A stretch of 64,000 nucleotides of DNA from Escherichia coli (lineage in GTDB: Bacteria; Pseudomonadota; Gammaproteobacteria; Enterobacterales; Enterobacteriaceae): NCBI RefSeq assembly GCF_041886205.1, contig NZ_CP169029.1. One strand, 5' to 3'. Under the pieces are notes generated by a model that was given only the letters and a program-made list of their open reading frames with translations, searched no databases and was not told where the DNA came from. Shown piece by piece: positions 12,307 to 22,330 of the stretch. Made by a program: the position numbers and the translations under genes. Positions within the stretch are counted from its first letter, which is position 1; each line of letters opens with the position of its first letter.

Positions 12307-12995
12307 TGAAAACTGTACTGGATTCCCTGAAAGGTAAACTAATTGTCTCCTGCCAGGCGCTGGAAAATGAACCCCTGCACAGCCCGTTTATTATGTCGCG
12401 TATGGCGCTGGCGGCAGCGCAGGGCGGTGCGGCAGGTATCCGTGCTAACAGCGTGGTAGATATTCGCTCGATCAAAGAGAGCGTCTCCCTGCCGGTAATA
12501 GGGATTATCAAGCGTGATTATCCGGGCTGCGAGGTGTTTATTACGGCCACTTTGCAGGAAGTGGATGAGCTGATGACCGTTGAGCCGGAAATTATTGCTC
12601 TGGATGCGACAGCGCGCCCGCGCCCCGGTGGGCAAATGCTGGAAGAGCTGGTTATGCAAATCCGTGTCCGCTATCCGTCCGTACTGCTGATGGCGGATAT
12701 CGCCACCGTCGATGAGGCGGTAACAGCCGAGCGGCTGGGTTTTGACTGCGTGGGCACCACGCTCTATGGCTATACCGCGGACACTGCCGGGCATGTAATG
12801 GTGGATAACGACTGCGGTTTTTTACGTGAGGTGTTGGCGGCGGTCACAATACCGGTCGTGGCGGAAGGTAATATCGATACCCCGGAACGCGCCGCACGTT
12901 GCCTGGCATTAGGCGCGCATACCGTGGTGGTTGGAGGCGCTATCACGCGTCCGCAGCAGATAACGGCACGATTTGTCGCGGCGATCGCCTCGTAA
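12303..12995 (+). CDS. Putative N-acetylmannosamine-6-phosphate 2-epimerase (NanE family)
   Basis: 230-aa ORF ([26 protein letters not shown]...) with NanE-like TIM-barrel pattern; translationally coupled to the EIICB gene. Confidence 0.8.
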   Translation: MMKTVLDSLKGKLIVSCQALENEPLHSPFIMSRMALAAAQGGAAGIRANSVVDIRSIKESVSLPVIGIIKRDYPGCEVFITATLQEVDELMTVEPEIIALDATARPRPGGQMLEELVMQIRVRYPSVLLMADIATVDEAVTAERLGFDCVGTTLYGYTADTAGHVMVDNDCGFLREVLAAVTIPVVAEGNIDTPERAARCLALGAHTVVVGGAITRPQQITARFVAAIAS

Positions 12996-13066
12996 AGCAT
13001 CGATGGGGCATGATACTTTGGCGGGGATCTGCGATAATTAACGTTTATCCCCATATTGAGAGCGCT

Positions 13067-13738
13067 ATGCAGTACCCGATTAACGAGATGTTCCAGACCC
13101 TGCAAGGTGAGGGTTACTTTACCGGCGTCCCCGCCATTTTTATTCGTTTACAGGGATGCCCGGTTGGCTGTGCCTGGTGCGACACCAAACACACCTGGGA
13201 AAAGCTTGAGGATCGGGAAGTCTCCCTTTTCAGCATTCTGGCGAAGACCAAAGAGAGTGATAAGTGGGGGGCGGCGAGCAGTGAAGACTTGCTGGCTGTC
13301 ATTGGTCGCCAGGGATACACCGCGCGGCATGTGGTGATTACGGGGGGGGAGCCTTGCATTCATGATTTGCTGCCACTGACTGACCTACTCGAAAAGAACG
13401 GTTTTAGCTGCCAGATCGAAACCAGTGGTACTCATGAAGTACGCTGCACACCGAATACCTGGGTTACCGTATCGCCAAAGCTGAACATGCGCGGCGGCTA
13501 TGAAGTGTTGTCACAGGCACTGGAGCGAGCCAACGAAATCAAGCATCCTGTGGGGCGCGTACGCGATATTGAAGCACTGGATGAACTACTGGCAACGCTG
13601 ACCGATGATAAACCGCGAGTCATTGCACTGCAGCCGATTAGCCAAAAGGATGATGCCACACGATTGTGCATTGAAACCTGTATTGCGCGTAATTGGCGTT
13701 TGTCGATGCAAACACATAAATATTTAAATATTGCCTAA
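13067..13738 (+). CDS. queE: 7-carboxy-7-deazaguanine synthase
   Basis: Start taken at the internal ATG 13067 of ORF 12899..13738 (MQYPINEMFQTLQGEGYFTGVPAIFIRLQGCPVGCAWCDTKHTW), giving a 223-aa radical-SAM protein with CxxxCxxC-type cluster motif. Confidence 0.93.
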   Translation: MQYPINEMFQTLQGEGYFTGVPAIFIRLQGCPVGCAWCDTKHTWEKLEDREVSLFSILAKTKESDKWGAASSEDLLAVIGRQGYTARHVVITGGEPCIHDLLPLTDLLEKNGFSCQIETSGTHEVRCTPNTWVTVSPKLNMRGGYEVLSQALERANEIKHPVGRVRDIEALDELLATLTDDKPRVIALQPISQKDDATRLCIETCIARNWRLSMQTHKYLNIA

Positions 13739-14077
13739 TTACACATTTATAAGCGTTATAAATGGGTGGAACTTGTAAAGAATTCCACTCATTTGTATTA
13801 TTTGTCGCCCCTGAAAACTCATCCATCTTGCCCATCCCGGACTAATCATTATCATTCTCTACAAATTCTGCGGCGTTAATTTTTCGCTGGAGTGAAAATT
13901 ATTGCGGCGAAGTTTGGTAGATTTTAGTTTGTATAGAGTTATTTTAAATATTTACCTTTTTAATCAAAAGATTAAGTGCTCTTTAACATAATGGATGTGT
14001 TGTTTGTGTGATACTGTAAAGTTGGTAGATTGTGACTGGCTTAAAAAATCATTAATTAATAATAGGTTATGTTTAGA
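13739..14077 (+). promoter_or_regulatory. CRISPR leader (AT-rich) of the queE-adjacent type I-E array
   Basis: ~340-bp AT-rich non-coding segment ending ...cattaattaataataggttatgtttaga immediately before the first repeat; matches my memory of the E. coli I-E leader terminus. Confidence 0.8.
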
Positions 14078-14350
14078 GAGTTCCCCGCGCCAGCGGGGAT
14101 AAACCGTTCGCTGGCAATCCACTCAGGAATTTCGGGAAGAGTTCCCCGCGCCAGCGGGGATAAACCGGGCAGTACCGACATGGACGGTCACCACGAGTTG
14201 AGTTCCCCGCGCCAGCGGGGATAAACCGTGTATAGCGCCAAAATTGACGAAAGACATGTTGAGTTCCCCGCGCCAGCGGGGATAAACCGGTTGTAGCTGA
14301 CAATGTAAATCATGGATTTACGAGTTCCCCGTGCCAGCGGGGATAACCAT
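14078..14350 (+). CRISPR. Type I-E CRISPR array: 5 repeats (last degenerate), 4 spacers of 32 bp
   Basis: 29-bp repeat GAGTTCCCCGCGCCAGCGGGGATAAACCG at 14078, 14139, 14200, 14261; degenerate terminal repeat gagttccccgtgccagcggggataaccat at 14322..14350. Spacers at 14107..14138, 14168..14199, 14229..14260, 14290..14321. Confidence 0.97.
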
Positions 14351-14360
14351 TCAGGTATGT

Positions 14361-14930
14361 TCAGGCCGGGCAGTTTCCCGCCCGGCCTTCCTCACTTACG
14401 CATTCGACCAGCTCTGGATCGAATCCGCATTCCCCATGCATCACTTCATACGATTTTTTCAGTATTACATCATTATGTTTGGTTAGGTCTTTGAAAATGC
14501 CTTTATTCATCGCGTCGTAGCGTTTGGCATTGCTCTCAATCGGTATAAAGATATCTTTCACGCGAACCATTTTGTCGACAGCCGTTGCGTAATCCGGGTA
14601 TAGTCCCAGACCTACCGCCGTATTAATCGCTGCCCCCAGACTTGCACAACCGTTAATGGCGTTACGTCGTGCCGGAAGGTTGAACATGTCGGCAAAAATC
14701 TGCATAAACAGATCGCTGTTCGAACCGCCGCCAGTAATGATCACATGCTTTGCAAAGTGATTCATTTCATTACGCATATTGTCGTAATTGTTCTTCAGCG
14801 TCAGAGCCACGCTTTCCAGTATCGAACGATATATCCATGCGTAACGCGCAAGCGCTGCCTGCAATACCGGCACCAATAATAATAATGTCGCAGTCATCTT
14901 CCGTGTCATACCCCAAATATCCAGACTCAA
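14361..14930 (-). pseudogene. ygcE: 3' remnant of FGGY-family sugar kinase (ygcE-like), N-terminal ~300 codons missing
   Basis: ORF encodes only a C-terminal FGGY-like segment (...HVIITGGGSNSDLFMQIFADMFNLPARR...); a full kinase would be ~490 aa, but queD begins only ~50 bp upstream, so no room for the N-terminal domain. Confidence 0.7.
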
Positions 14931-14980
14931 CTCCCTGACCGAGCCTTACTTAAGGGAAATTGACCGCCGACACACTCTTA

Positions 14981-15346
14981 TCATTCGCCGCGATAGATAC
15001 AACCTGCGGTGCAGGTTTCTTTTACCATCACCGCACTTAACAGCGGCACAACGGGTTTAACCTGATCCCAAATCCATTTTGCTAAAACTTCGCTGGTTGG
15101 GTTTTCCAGACCTGGAATATCATTGAGATAATGGTGATCGAGGCGCTCGTAGGTTGGCTTAAACGCCGCTTTCAGTTCAGCGAAATCGATAATCCAGCCC
15201 GTATGCGGATCGACTTCCCCGGTAATTTCCAGTCGCACCATAAAGGAATGCCCGTGCAGGCGACCACATTTATGCCCTTCCGGGACGTGTGGTAAGCGGT
15301 GAGCGGCTTCGAAGGTGAAATCTTTAAATAACGTGGTGGACATCAT
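14981..15346 (-). CDS. queD: 6-carboxy-5,6,7,8-tetrahydropterin synthase
   Basis: Start taken at internal Met ([35 protein letters not shown]...), 121 aa; divergent from cysJ. Confidence 0.93.
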   Translation of the reverse strand: MMSTTLFKDFTFEAAHRLPHVPEGHKCGRLHGHSFMVRLEITGEVDPHTGWIIDFAELKAAFKPTYERLDHHYLNDIPGLENPTSEVLAKWIWDQVKPVVPLLSAVMVKETCTAGCIYRGE

Positions 15347-15661
15347 AATTTCTCTACAGGACGATAAAACCGCCGTAGAGTACCGGAAAGGCTGTTTTTT
15401 CGCATTATCTAAAACGACTTTGTTGCGCAAAATCGCTGATTTATCTTATTGATGGGCAATATTCATTTGTTTTTCATTAGGTTGGTTAATCTATTTTGTT
15501 GTTAAAGACTATTGCTAAAACAGGTTAGTCGATTTGGTTATTAGTTATCGCTATCCCGTCTTTAATCCACACCGTTCACCCCGTTAACCTTACCTTCTCT
15601 TCTGTTTTATGGGCGCTGACAGGGCGCAGAAACAGCTTTGCTTACTGGAACATAACGACGC

Positions 15662-17461
15662 ATGACGACACAGGTCCCACCTTCCGCGTTGCTTCCGTTG
15701 AACCCGGAGCAACTGGCACGCCTTCAGGCGGCCACGACCGATTTAACTCCCACCCAGCTTGCCTGGGTTTCTGGCTATTTCTGGGGCGTGCTCAACCAGC
15801 AGCCTGCTGCGCTTGCAGCGACGCCAGCGCCCGCCGCAGAAATGCCGGGTATAACTATTATCTCTGCTTCGCAAACCGGCAATGCGCGCCGGGTTGCTGA
15901 AGCATTACGCGATGATTTATTAGCAGCAAAACTGAACGTTAAGCTGGTGAACGCGGGCGACTATAAATTCAAACAAATCGCCAGCGAAAAACTGCTTATC
16001 GTGGTGACGTCAACGCAAGGGGAAGGGGAACCACCGGAAGAAGCCGTCGCGCTGCATAAGTTCCTGTTCTCCAAAAAAGCGCCGAAGCTGGAAAACACCG
16101 CGTTTGCCGTGTTTAGCCTCGGCGATAGTTCTTATGAATTTTTCTGCCAGTCCGGGAAAGATTTTGACAGCAAGCTGGCGGAACTGGGTGGTGAACGCCT
16201 GCTCGACCGTGTCGATGCCGATGTTGAATACCAGGCTGCTGCCAGCGAGTGGCGCGCCCGCGTGGTTGATGCGCTTAAATCGCGTGCGCCTGTCGCGGCA
16301 CCTTCGCAATCCGTCGCTACTGGCGCGGTAAATGAAATCCACACCAGCCCGTACAGCAAAGACGCGCCGCTGGTGGCTAGCCTCTCTGTTAACCAGAAAA
16401 TTACCGGGCGTAACTCTGAAAAAGACGTTCGCCATATCGAAATTGACTTAGGTGACTCGGGTCTGCGTTACCAGCCGGGTAACGCGCTGGGTGTCTGGTA
16501 TCAGAACGATCCGGCACTGGTGAAAGAACTTGTCGAACTGCTGTGGCTGAAAGGCGATGAACCTGTCACCGTCGAGGGCAAAACGTTGCCTCTGAACGAA
16601 GCGCTACAGTGGCACTTCGAACTGACCGTCAACACCGCCAACATTGTTGAGAATTACGCCACGCTTACCCGCAGTGAAACACTGCTGCCGCTGGTGGGCG
16701 ATAAAGCGAAGTTACAGCATTACGCCGCGACGACGCCGATTGTTGACATGGTGCGTTTCTCCCCGGCACAGCTTGATGCCGAAGCGCTAATTAATCTGCT
16801 GCGCCCGCTGACCCCGCGCCTGTATTCCATCGCCTCCTCGCAGGCTGAAGTCGAGAACGAAGTACACGTCACCGTTGGCGTGGTGCGTTACGACGTGGAA
16901 GGCCGCGCCCGTGCCGGTGGTGCCTCCAGCTTCCTCGCGGACCGCGTGGAAGAAGAGGGCGAAGTCCGCGTATTTATCGAACATAACGATAACTTCCGCC
17001 TGCCCGCTAACCCGGAAACCCCGGTGATTATGATTGGCCCAGGCACCGGCATCGCGCCGTTCCGCGCCTTTATGCAGCAACGTGCTGCCGACGAAGCACC
17101 GGGTAAAAACTGGCTGTTCTTTGGCAACCCGCACTTTACGGAAGATTTCCTCTACCAGGTGGAGTGGCAGCGCTACGTCAAAGAGGGTGTGCTAACGCGG
17201 ATCGATCTCGCCTGGTCGCGCGATCAAAAAGAAAAAGTTTACGTACAAGACAAACTGCGCGAACAGGGCGCGGAGCTGTGGCGCTGGATCAATGACGGTG
17301 CCCACATTTATGTCTGCGGCGACGCTAATCGCATGGCGAAAGACGTTGAGCAGGCACTTCTGGAAGTGATTGCCGAATTTGGTGGCATGGACACCGAAGC
17401 GGCTGATGAATTTTTAAGTGAGCTGCGCGTAGAGCGCCGTTATCAGCGAGATGTCTACTAA
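15662..17461 (+). CDS. cysJ: Sulfite reductase [NADPH] flavoprotein alpha subunit
   Basis: 599-aa ORF with flavodoxin-like N-terminus and FAD/NADPH reductase C-terminus (...RYQRDVY); stop overlaps cysI start. Confidence 0.96.
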   Translation: MTTQVPPSALLPLNPEQLARLQAATTDLTPTQLAWVSGYFWGVLNQQPAALAATPAPAAEMPGITIISASQTGNARRVAEALRDDLLAAKLNVKLVNAGDYKFKQIASEKLLIVVTSTQGEGEPPEEAVALHKFLFSKKAPKLENTAFAVFSLGDSSYEFFCQSGKDFDSKLAELGGERLLDRVDADVEYQAAASEWRARVVDALKSRAPVAAPSQSVATGAVNEIHTSPYSKDAPLVASLSVNQKITGRNSEKDVRHIEIDLGDSGLRYQPGNALGVWYQNDPALVKELVELLWLKGDEPVTVEGKTLPLNEALQWHFELTVNTANIVENYATLTRSETLLPLVGDKAKLQHYAATTPIVDMVRFSPAQLDAEALINLLRPLTPRLYSIASSQAEVENEVHVTVGVVRYDVEGRARAGGASSFLADRVEEEGEVRVFIEHNDNFRLPANPETPVIMIGPGTGIAPFRAFMQQRAADEAPGKNWLFFGNPHFTEDFLYQVEWQRYVKEGVLTRIDLAWSRDQKEKVYVQDKLREQGAELWRWINDGAHIYVCGDANRMAKDVEQALLEVIAEFGGMDTEAADEFLSELRVERRYQRDVY

Positions 17462-19173
17462 TGAGCGAAAAACATCCAGGGCCTTTAGTGGTCGAAGGAA
17501 AACTGACAGACGCCGAGCGCATGAAGCTTGAGAGCAACTACCTGCGCGGCACCATTGCGGAAGATTTAAACGACGGTCTGACCGGCGGCTTTAAGGGCGA
17601 CAACTTCCTGCTGATCCGCTTCCACGGCATGTATCAGCAGGATGACCGCGACATCCGCGCCGAACGTGCTGAACAGAAGCTGGAGCCGCGCCACGCGATG
17701 CTGCTTCGCTGTCGTCTGCCGGGTGGGGTGATTACCACCAAACAGTGGCAGGCGATCGACAAATTTGCCGGTGAAAACACCATCTATGGCAGCATTCGCC
17801 TGACCAACCGCCAGACGTTTCAGTTCCACGGCATTCTGAAAAAGAACGTCAAACCGGTGCACCAGATGCTGCACTCGGTTGGTCTTGATGCGCTGGCGAC
17901 CGCTAACGACATGAACCGTAACGTACTCTGCACCTCGAACCCTTACGAGTCGCAGCTACACGCGGAAGCGTATGAATGGGCGAAGAAAATCTCTGAACAT
18001 CTGCTGCCGCGTACCCGCGCGTATGCGGAGATCTGGCTCGATCAGGAAAAAGTCGCCACCACCGATGAAGAACCGATCCTCGGTCAGACTTATTTGCCGC
18101 GTAAATTCAAAACCACGGTAGTGATCCCGCCGCAGAACGATATCGATCTGCATGCCAACGACATGAACTTCGTGGCGATCGCCGAAAACGGCAAGCTGGT
18201 GGGCTTCAACTTGCTGGTGGGCGGTGGGCTTTCTATCGAACACGGCAACAAGAAAACCTACGCCCGCACCGCAAGCGAGTTTGGCTATCTGCCGCTGGAG
18301 CATACGCTGGCGGTGGCGGAAGCTGTCGTGACAACTCAGCGTGACTGGGGTAACCGAACCGATCGTAAAAATGCCAAAACCAAATACACGCTGGAACGCG
18401 TGGGGGTTGAGACGTTTAAAGCGGAAGTGGAGCGTCGCGCGGGGATCAAATTTGAACCGATCCGTCCGTATGAGTTCACCGGACGTGGCGATCGTATTGG
18501 CTGGGTTAAGGGCATTGATGATAACTGGCACCTGACGCTGTTTATCGAAAATGGTCGCATCCTTGATTATCCGGGGCGTCCGCTGAAAACCGGCCTGCTG
18601 GAGATCGCAAAGATCCACAAAGGTGATTTCCGCATTACGGCGAACCAGAATCTGATCATCGCCGGTGTGCCGGAAAGCGAGAAAGCGAAGATCGAGAAGA
18701 TCGCCAAAGAGAGCGGGTTAATGAATGCCGTCACGCCGCAGCGTGAAAACTCGATGGCCTGCGTGTCATTCCCGACTTGCCCGCTGGCGATGGCGGAAGC
18801 GGAGCGTTTCCTGCCGTCTTTTATCGACAACATCGATAATTTAATGGCGAAACATGGTGTCAGCGATGAGCATATCGTGATGCGTGTAACAGGCTGCCCG
18901 AACGGTTGTGGTCGCGCGATGCTGGCGGAAGTGGGCCTGGTGGGTAAAGCACCGGGTCGCTACAACCTGCATCTTGGCGGCAACCGCATTGGGACACGTA
19001 TCCCACGGATGTATAAAGAAAACATCACCGAGCCGGAAATCCTGGCGTCGCTTGATGAACTGATAGGGCGCTGGGCGAAAGAGCGCGAAGCGGGTGAAGG
19101 CTTCGGCGACTTTACGGTGCGTGCGGGCATCATTCGCCCGGTGCTCGATCCGGCGCGCGATTTGTGGGATTAA
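17461..19173 (+). CDS. cysI: Sulfite reductase [NADPH] hemoprotein beta subunit
   Basis: 570-aa ORF ([22 protein letters not shown]...) with siroheme/4Fe-4S Cys cluster (CPNGCGRA). Confidence 0.96.
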   Translation: MSEKHPGPLVVEGKLTDAERMKLESNYLRGTIAEDLNDGLTGGFKGDNFLLIRFHGMYQQDDRDIRAERAEQKLEPRHAMLLRCRLPGGVITTKQWQAIDKFAGENTIYGSIRLTNRQTFQFHGILKKNVKPVHQMLHSVGLDALATANDMNRNVLCTSNPYESQLHAEAYEWAKKISEHLLPRTRAYAEIWLDQEKVATTDEEPILGQTYLPRKFKTTVVIPPQNDIDLHANDMNFVAIAENGKLVGFNLLVGGGLSIEHGNKKTYARTASEFGYLPLEHTLAVAEAVVTTQRDWGNRTDRKNAKTKYTLERVGVETFKAEVERRAGIKFEPIRPYEFTGRGDRIGWVKGIDDNWHLTLFIENGRILDYPGRPLKTGLLEIAKIHKGDFRITANQNLIIAGVPESEKAKIEKIAKESGLMNAVTPQRENSMACVSFPTCPLAMAEAERFLPSFIDNIDNLMAKHGVSDEHIVMRVTGCPNGCGRAMLAEVGLVGKAPGRYNLHLGGNRIGTRIPRMYKENITEPEILASLDELIGRWAKEREAGEGFGDFTVRAGIIRPVLDPARDLWD

Positions 19174-19189
19174 CCATCAGCCCGGTCTT

Positions 19190-19226
19190 GTAGGCCTGAT
19201 AAGACGCGTGAGCGTCGCATCAGGCA
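19190..19226. repeat. REP (repetitive extragenic palindrome) element
   Basis: gtaggcctgataagacgcgtgagcgtcgcatcaggca: canonical REP palindrome in the cysI-cysH spacer. Confidence 0.8.
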
Positions 19227-19246
19227 AGGCAAACAGTGAGGAATCT

Positions 19247-19981
19247 ATGTCCAAACTCGATCTAAACGCCCTGAACGAACTGCCGAAGGTAGATCGCATT
19301 CTGGCGCTGGCAGAAACTAACGCCGAACTGGAAAAACTGGACGCTGAAGGCCGCGTCGCCTGGGCGCTGGAAAATCTGCCCGGTGAATATGTACTTTCCT
19401 CCAGCTTTGGCATTCAGGCGGCGGTGAGCCTGCATCTGGTGAATCAGATTCGCCCGGATATTCCGGTGATCCTCACCGATACGGGTTACTTGTTCCCGGA
19501 AACCTACCGCTTTATTGACGAGTTAACGGACAAACTCAAGCTCAACCTGAAAGTGTACCGCGCTACCGAAAGCGCCGCCTGGCAGGAAGCACGTTACGGA
19601 AAACTATGGGAGCAGGGCGTTGAAGGCATTGAAAAGTACAATGACATCAACAAAGTCGAACCGATGAACCGGGCGCTGAAAGAACTGAATGCGCAAACGT
19701 GGTTTGCTGGCCTGCGGCGTGAACAATCCGGCAGCCGTGCCAATTTACCGGTGTTGGCAATTCAGCGTGGCGTATTTAAAGTGCTGCCGATTATCGACTG
19801 GGATAACCGAACTATTTATCAGTACCTGCAAAAACATGGCCTGAAATATCACCCATTATGGGACGAAGGATATTTATCGGTGGGCGATACCCATACAACC
19901 CGTAAATGGGAACCTGGCATGGCGGAAGAAGAAACGCGTTTCTTTGGCTTAAAAAGGGAATGTGGGTTACACGAAGGGTAA
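19247..19981 (+). CDS. cysH: Phosphoadenosine phosphosulfate (PAPS) reductase
   Basis: Start at internal ATG 19247 ([25 protein letters not shown]...), 244 aa, C-terminal ECGLH motif. Confidence 0.95.
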   Translation: MSKLDLNALNELPKVDRILALAETNAELEKLDAEGRVAWALENLPGEYVLSSSFGIQAAVSLHLVNQIRPDIPVILTDTGYLFPETYRFIDELTDKLKLNLKVYRATESAAWQEARYGKLWEQGVEGIEKYNDINKVEPMNRALKELNAQTWFAGLRREQSGSRANLPVLAIQRGVFKVLPIIDWDNRTIYQYLQKHGLKYHPLWDEGYLSVGDTHTTRKWEPGMAEEETRFFGLKRECGLHEG

Positions 19982-20245
19982 ATATTGCCGGATAAATTAA
20001 ACGCCTCTGTCAGAAATGATGGGGGCGTTTTTATTTTGCGAGCAGCATTCCTGATTTTAAACGTGAAAATAGCAGAGGGAATCAGCAGGCATAGAATGGC
20101 GTCGGGTGCTTGAGGCTGTCTGGCGTTGAGCATTCGCGAGGTTCCAGATGGACAAAAGCCCCAGGCGATATTTCTATCAACCTGAGGCCAGCGTTCGAAC
20201 CTAAGCAATTCGGATGTTAGTCTCTTCTTTGCAGGGAGGCAAGAC

Positions 20246-20398
20246 ATGCTGACAAAATATGCCCTTGTGGCAATCATCGTACTGTGTTGTACAGTACTGG
20301 GATTCACGCTGATGGTAGGCGACTCGTTGTGTGAGTTGAGTATCAGAGAACGTGGTATGGAGTTTAAGGCAGTTCTCGCTTACGAATCGAAGAAGTAG
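20246..20398 (+). CDS. Hok/Gef-family type I toxin-like small membrane peptide (50 aa)
   Basis: Unlisted small [53 protein letters not shown]: single TM helix followed by the Hok signature ...SLCE(L/I)..R.....E.A...AYES.K; GGAGG RBS upstream (gcagggaggcaagacATG). Confidence 0.7.
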   Translation: MLTKYALVAIIVLCCTVLGFTLMVGDSLCELSIRERGMEFKAVLAYESKK

Positions 20399-20399
20399 C

Positions 20400-20635
20400 C
20401 ACCACGCGGGGGGTAAAATCCCGCGTACTGAATTGTGATGGTTTGGTCTCCTGCACCCTTTTTAATTTATATTGTTTATGTGAATATTATGCCTGTGTTT
20501 ATTATTTATATGTTTTATAGATGAAAACCATTGAATTATTCACAATGTAAATATTTTAATGAACGATATATATCACAGATAATTTTTAATATATGCGTAA
20601 ATATCCTTTAAGTTTTACGAAAGGATAAAAACATT
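20400..20635 (+). promoter_or_regulatory. AT-rich cas3 upstream/promoter region
   Basis: Strongly AT-rich ~230-bp tract immediately upstream of the cas3 start; in K-12 the equivalent region holds the H-NS-repressed cas3 promoter (from memory). No -10/-35 assigned. Confidence 0.45.
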
Positions 20636-22063
20636 GTGACTTTCTTTGATTTCTGGGGAAAAAACCGACGCGGCGAGAAAGAGGGCGGCGACGACTATCA
20701 TCTACTTTGCTGGCATTCGCTGGATGTAGCCGCGATGGGCTATTTAATGGTTAAAAGCAATTGCTTCGGGCTGGCTGACTATTTTCGTCAACTAGGTTTC
20801 GATGATACGGAGCAGGCAGCACAATTTTTCGCCTGGCTATTGTGCTGGCACGATATTGGAAAATTTGCCCGCTCTTTTCAGCAACTTTATCTGCATCCAC
20901 AACTCAAGGTTCCGGAAGGCGCAAGAAAAAATAACGAAAAGATCTCTCATTCAACGCTGGGTTACTGGTTGTGGAATCATTATTTAATTGAATGTGACGA
21001 GTTGCTTCCTTCCTCTTCACTCTCTCCCCGCAAACTTAAACGGGTAATAGCGATGTGGATGCCCATGAGCACGGGGCATCATGGTCGCCCACCTGACCGT
21101 ATTGATGAACTGGATAATTTTCTGCCTGAAGACAAAGTTGCCGCGCGAGATTTTCTCCTTGAAATCAAGTCACTGTTCCCGCTCATAGAGATCCCCACAT
21201 TCTGGGATGATGACGAGGACGTTGAACTTATAAAACAACTTTCCTGGTATATCTCTGCAACCGTCGTACTTGCAGACTGGACAGGATCGTCAACGAGATT
21301 TTTTCCACGCGTCGCACACCCAATGGATATTAAAGATTACTGGCAGAAGGCTTTAGTGCAGGCTCAAAACGCCTTAACCGTCTTTCCTCCAAAAGCAGAA
21401 ACCGCACCTTTCACCGGAATTAATACACTGTTTCCTTTTATTGAGAATCCGACACCGTTACAGCAAAAGGTGCTGGAACTGGATATCAGCCGGCCCGGGC
21501 CACAGTTATTTATTCTGGAGGATGTAACCGGCGCAGGTAAAACAGAAGCGGCGCTTATCCTGGCGCACAGGTTGATAGCTGCGGGGAAAGCTCAGGGGCT
21601 GTTTTTTGGTCTGCCAACAATGGCAACGGCCAATGCCATGTACGATCGGCTGGTCAAAACCTGGCTTGCTTTCTATTCGCCAGAATCCCGCCCCAGCCTG
21701 GTGCTGGCACACAGTGCCCGCACATTAATGGACCGCTTTAATGACTCACTCTGGTCCGGTGATTTAGTCGGGTCAGAAGAACCGGATGAACAAACGTTCA
21801 GTCAGGGATGTGCAGCCTGGTTTGCCGACAGTAACAAGAAGGCTTTACTGGCTGAAATTGGCGTCGGCACGCTGGATCAGGCGATGATGGCAGTGATGCC
21901 GTTTAAACATAATAATCTGCGGCTTCTGGGGTTGAGTAACAAAATCCTGCTGGCTGATGAGATCCACGCCTGTGACGCTTACATGTCGTGCATTCTTGAA
22001 GGGCTGATCGAGCGGCAGGCGCGTGGCGGAAACAGCGTTATTTTGCTTTCTGCTACGTTATCT
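20636..22063 (+). pseudogene. cas3: Truncated cas3 (type I-E): HD nuclease plus first half of helicase core; 3' half deleted
   Basis: ORF begins at GTG 20636; HD motifs (LLCWHSLDVAA, CWHDIGKF), Walker A (VTGAGKTEAA) and DExH box (LLADEIHA) present; coding sequence ends ...NSVILLSATLS and runs directly into a CRISPR repeat at 22064. Intact Cas3 is ~890 aa; only ~476 codons remain. Confidence 0.85.
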
Positions 22064-22214
22064 GTGTTCCCCGCGCCAGCGGGGATAAACCGCCATTCTT
22101 GTTGTCGTTCATCAAGCGCAGGGGGTGTTCCCCGCGCCAGCGGGGATAAACCGGGTAAATAACACAGCGTTTGAAACAGGCAAAAGTGTTCCCCGCGCCA
22201 GCGGGGATAAACCG
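22064..22214 (+). CRISPR. Residual type I-E CRISPR array (iap-proximal): 3 repeats, 2 spacers, no leader
   Basis: Repeat GTGTTCCCCGCGCCAGCGGGGATAAACCG at 22064, 22125, 22186; 32-bp spacers at 22093..22124 and 22154..22185. Differs from the queE-adjacent array repeat at position 2 (T vs A). Confidence 0.95.
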
Positions 22215-22330
22215 GCGCAATACGGTGCGGTTTTCCCGGAAGTAAACCGGGCGCACTGGATGCGATGATGGGTATGACTTAGAATTCCCCGCCCCTGCGG
22301 TAGAACTCCCAGCTCCCATTTTCAAACTCC

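Noticed and set aside
3371-13000. Island as a mobile genetic element (genomic island with integrase, IS or tRNA anchor)
   Set aside because: No integrase, transposase, IS terminal repeats or tRNA gene are present. Only the ~80-bp direct repeats and the compositional shift suggest horizontal origin, so it is annotated as an accessory locus, not a mobile element.
12899-13066. Upstream extension of the queE ORF (start at 12899)
   Set aside because: The extension overlaps the NanE-like gene in another frame and lacks similarity to QueE; the conserved QueE N-terminus begins at the ATG at 13067.
19849-20307. 152-aa minus-strand ORF spanning the cysH 3' end and the hok-like region
   Set aside because: It overlaps the well-supported cysH C-terminus and the Hok-like ORF on the opposite strand and has no family resemblance; likely spurious.
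22032-22063. Canonical PAM test for the spacer-mediated deletion model at the cas3-repeat junction
   Set aside because: The triplet preceding the junctional 32-mer is GAA, not AAG/ATG, so I do not assert that this segment was ever a bona fide acquired spacer. The deletion mechanism is left open.
22221-22249. Possible fourth repeat immediately after spacer position in the residual array
   Set aside because: tacggtgcggttttcccggaagtaaaccg shares only the terminal taaaccg and scattered positions with the consensus; too weak to call.
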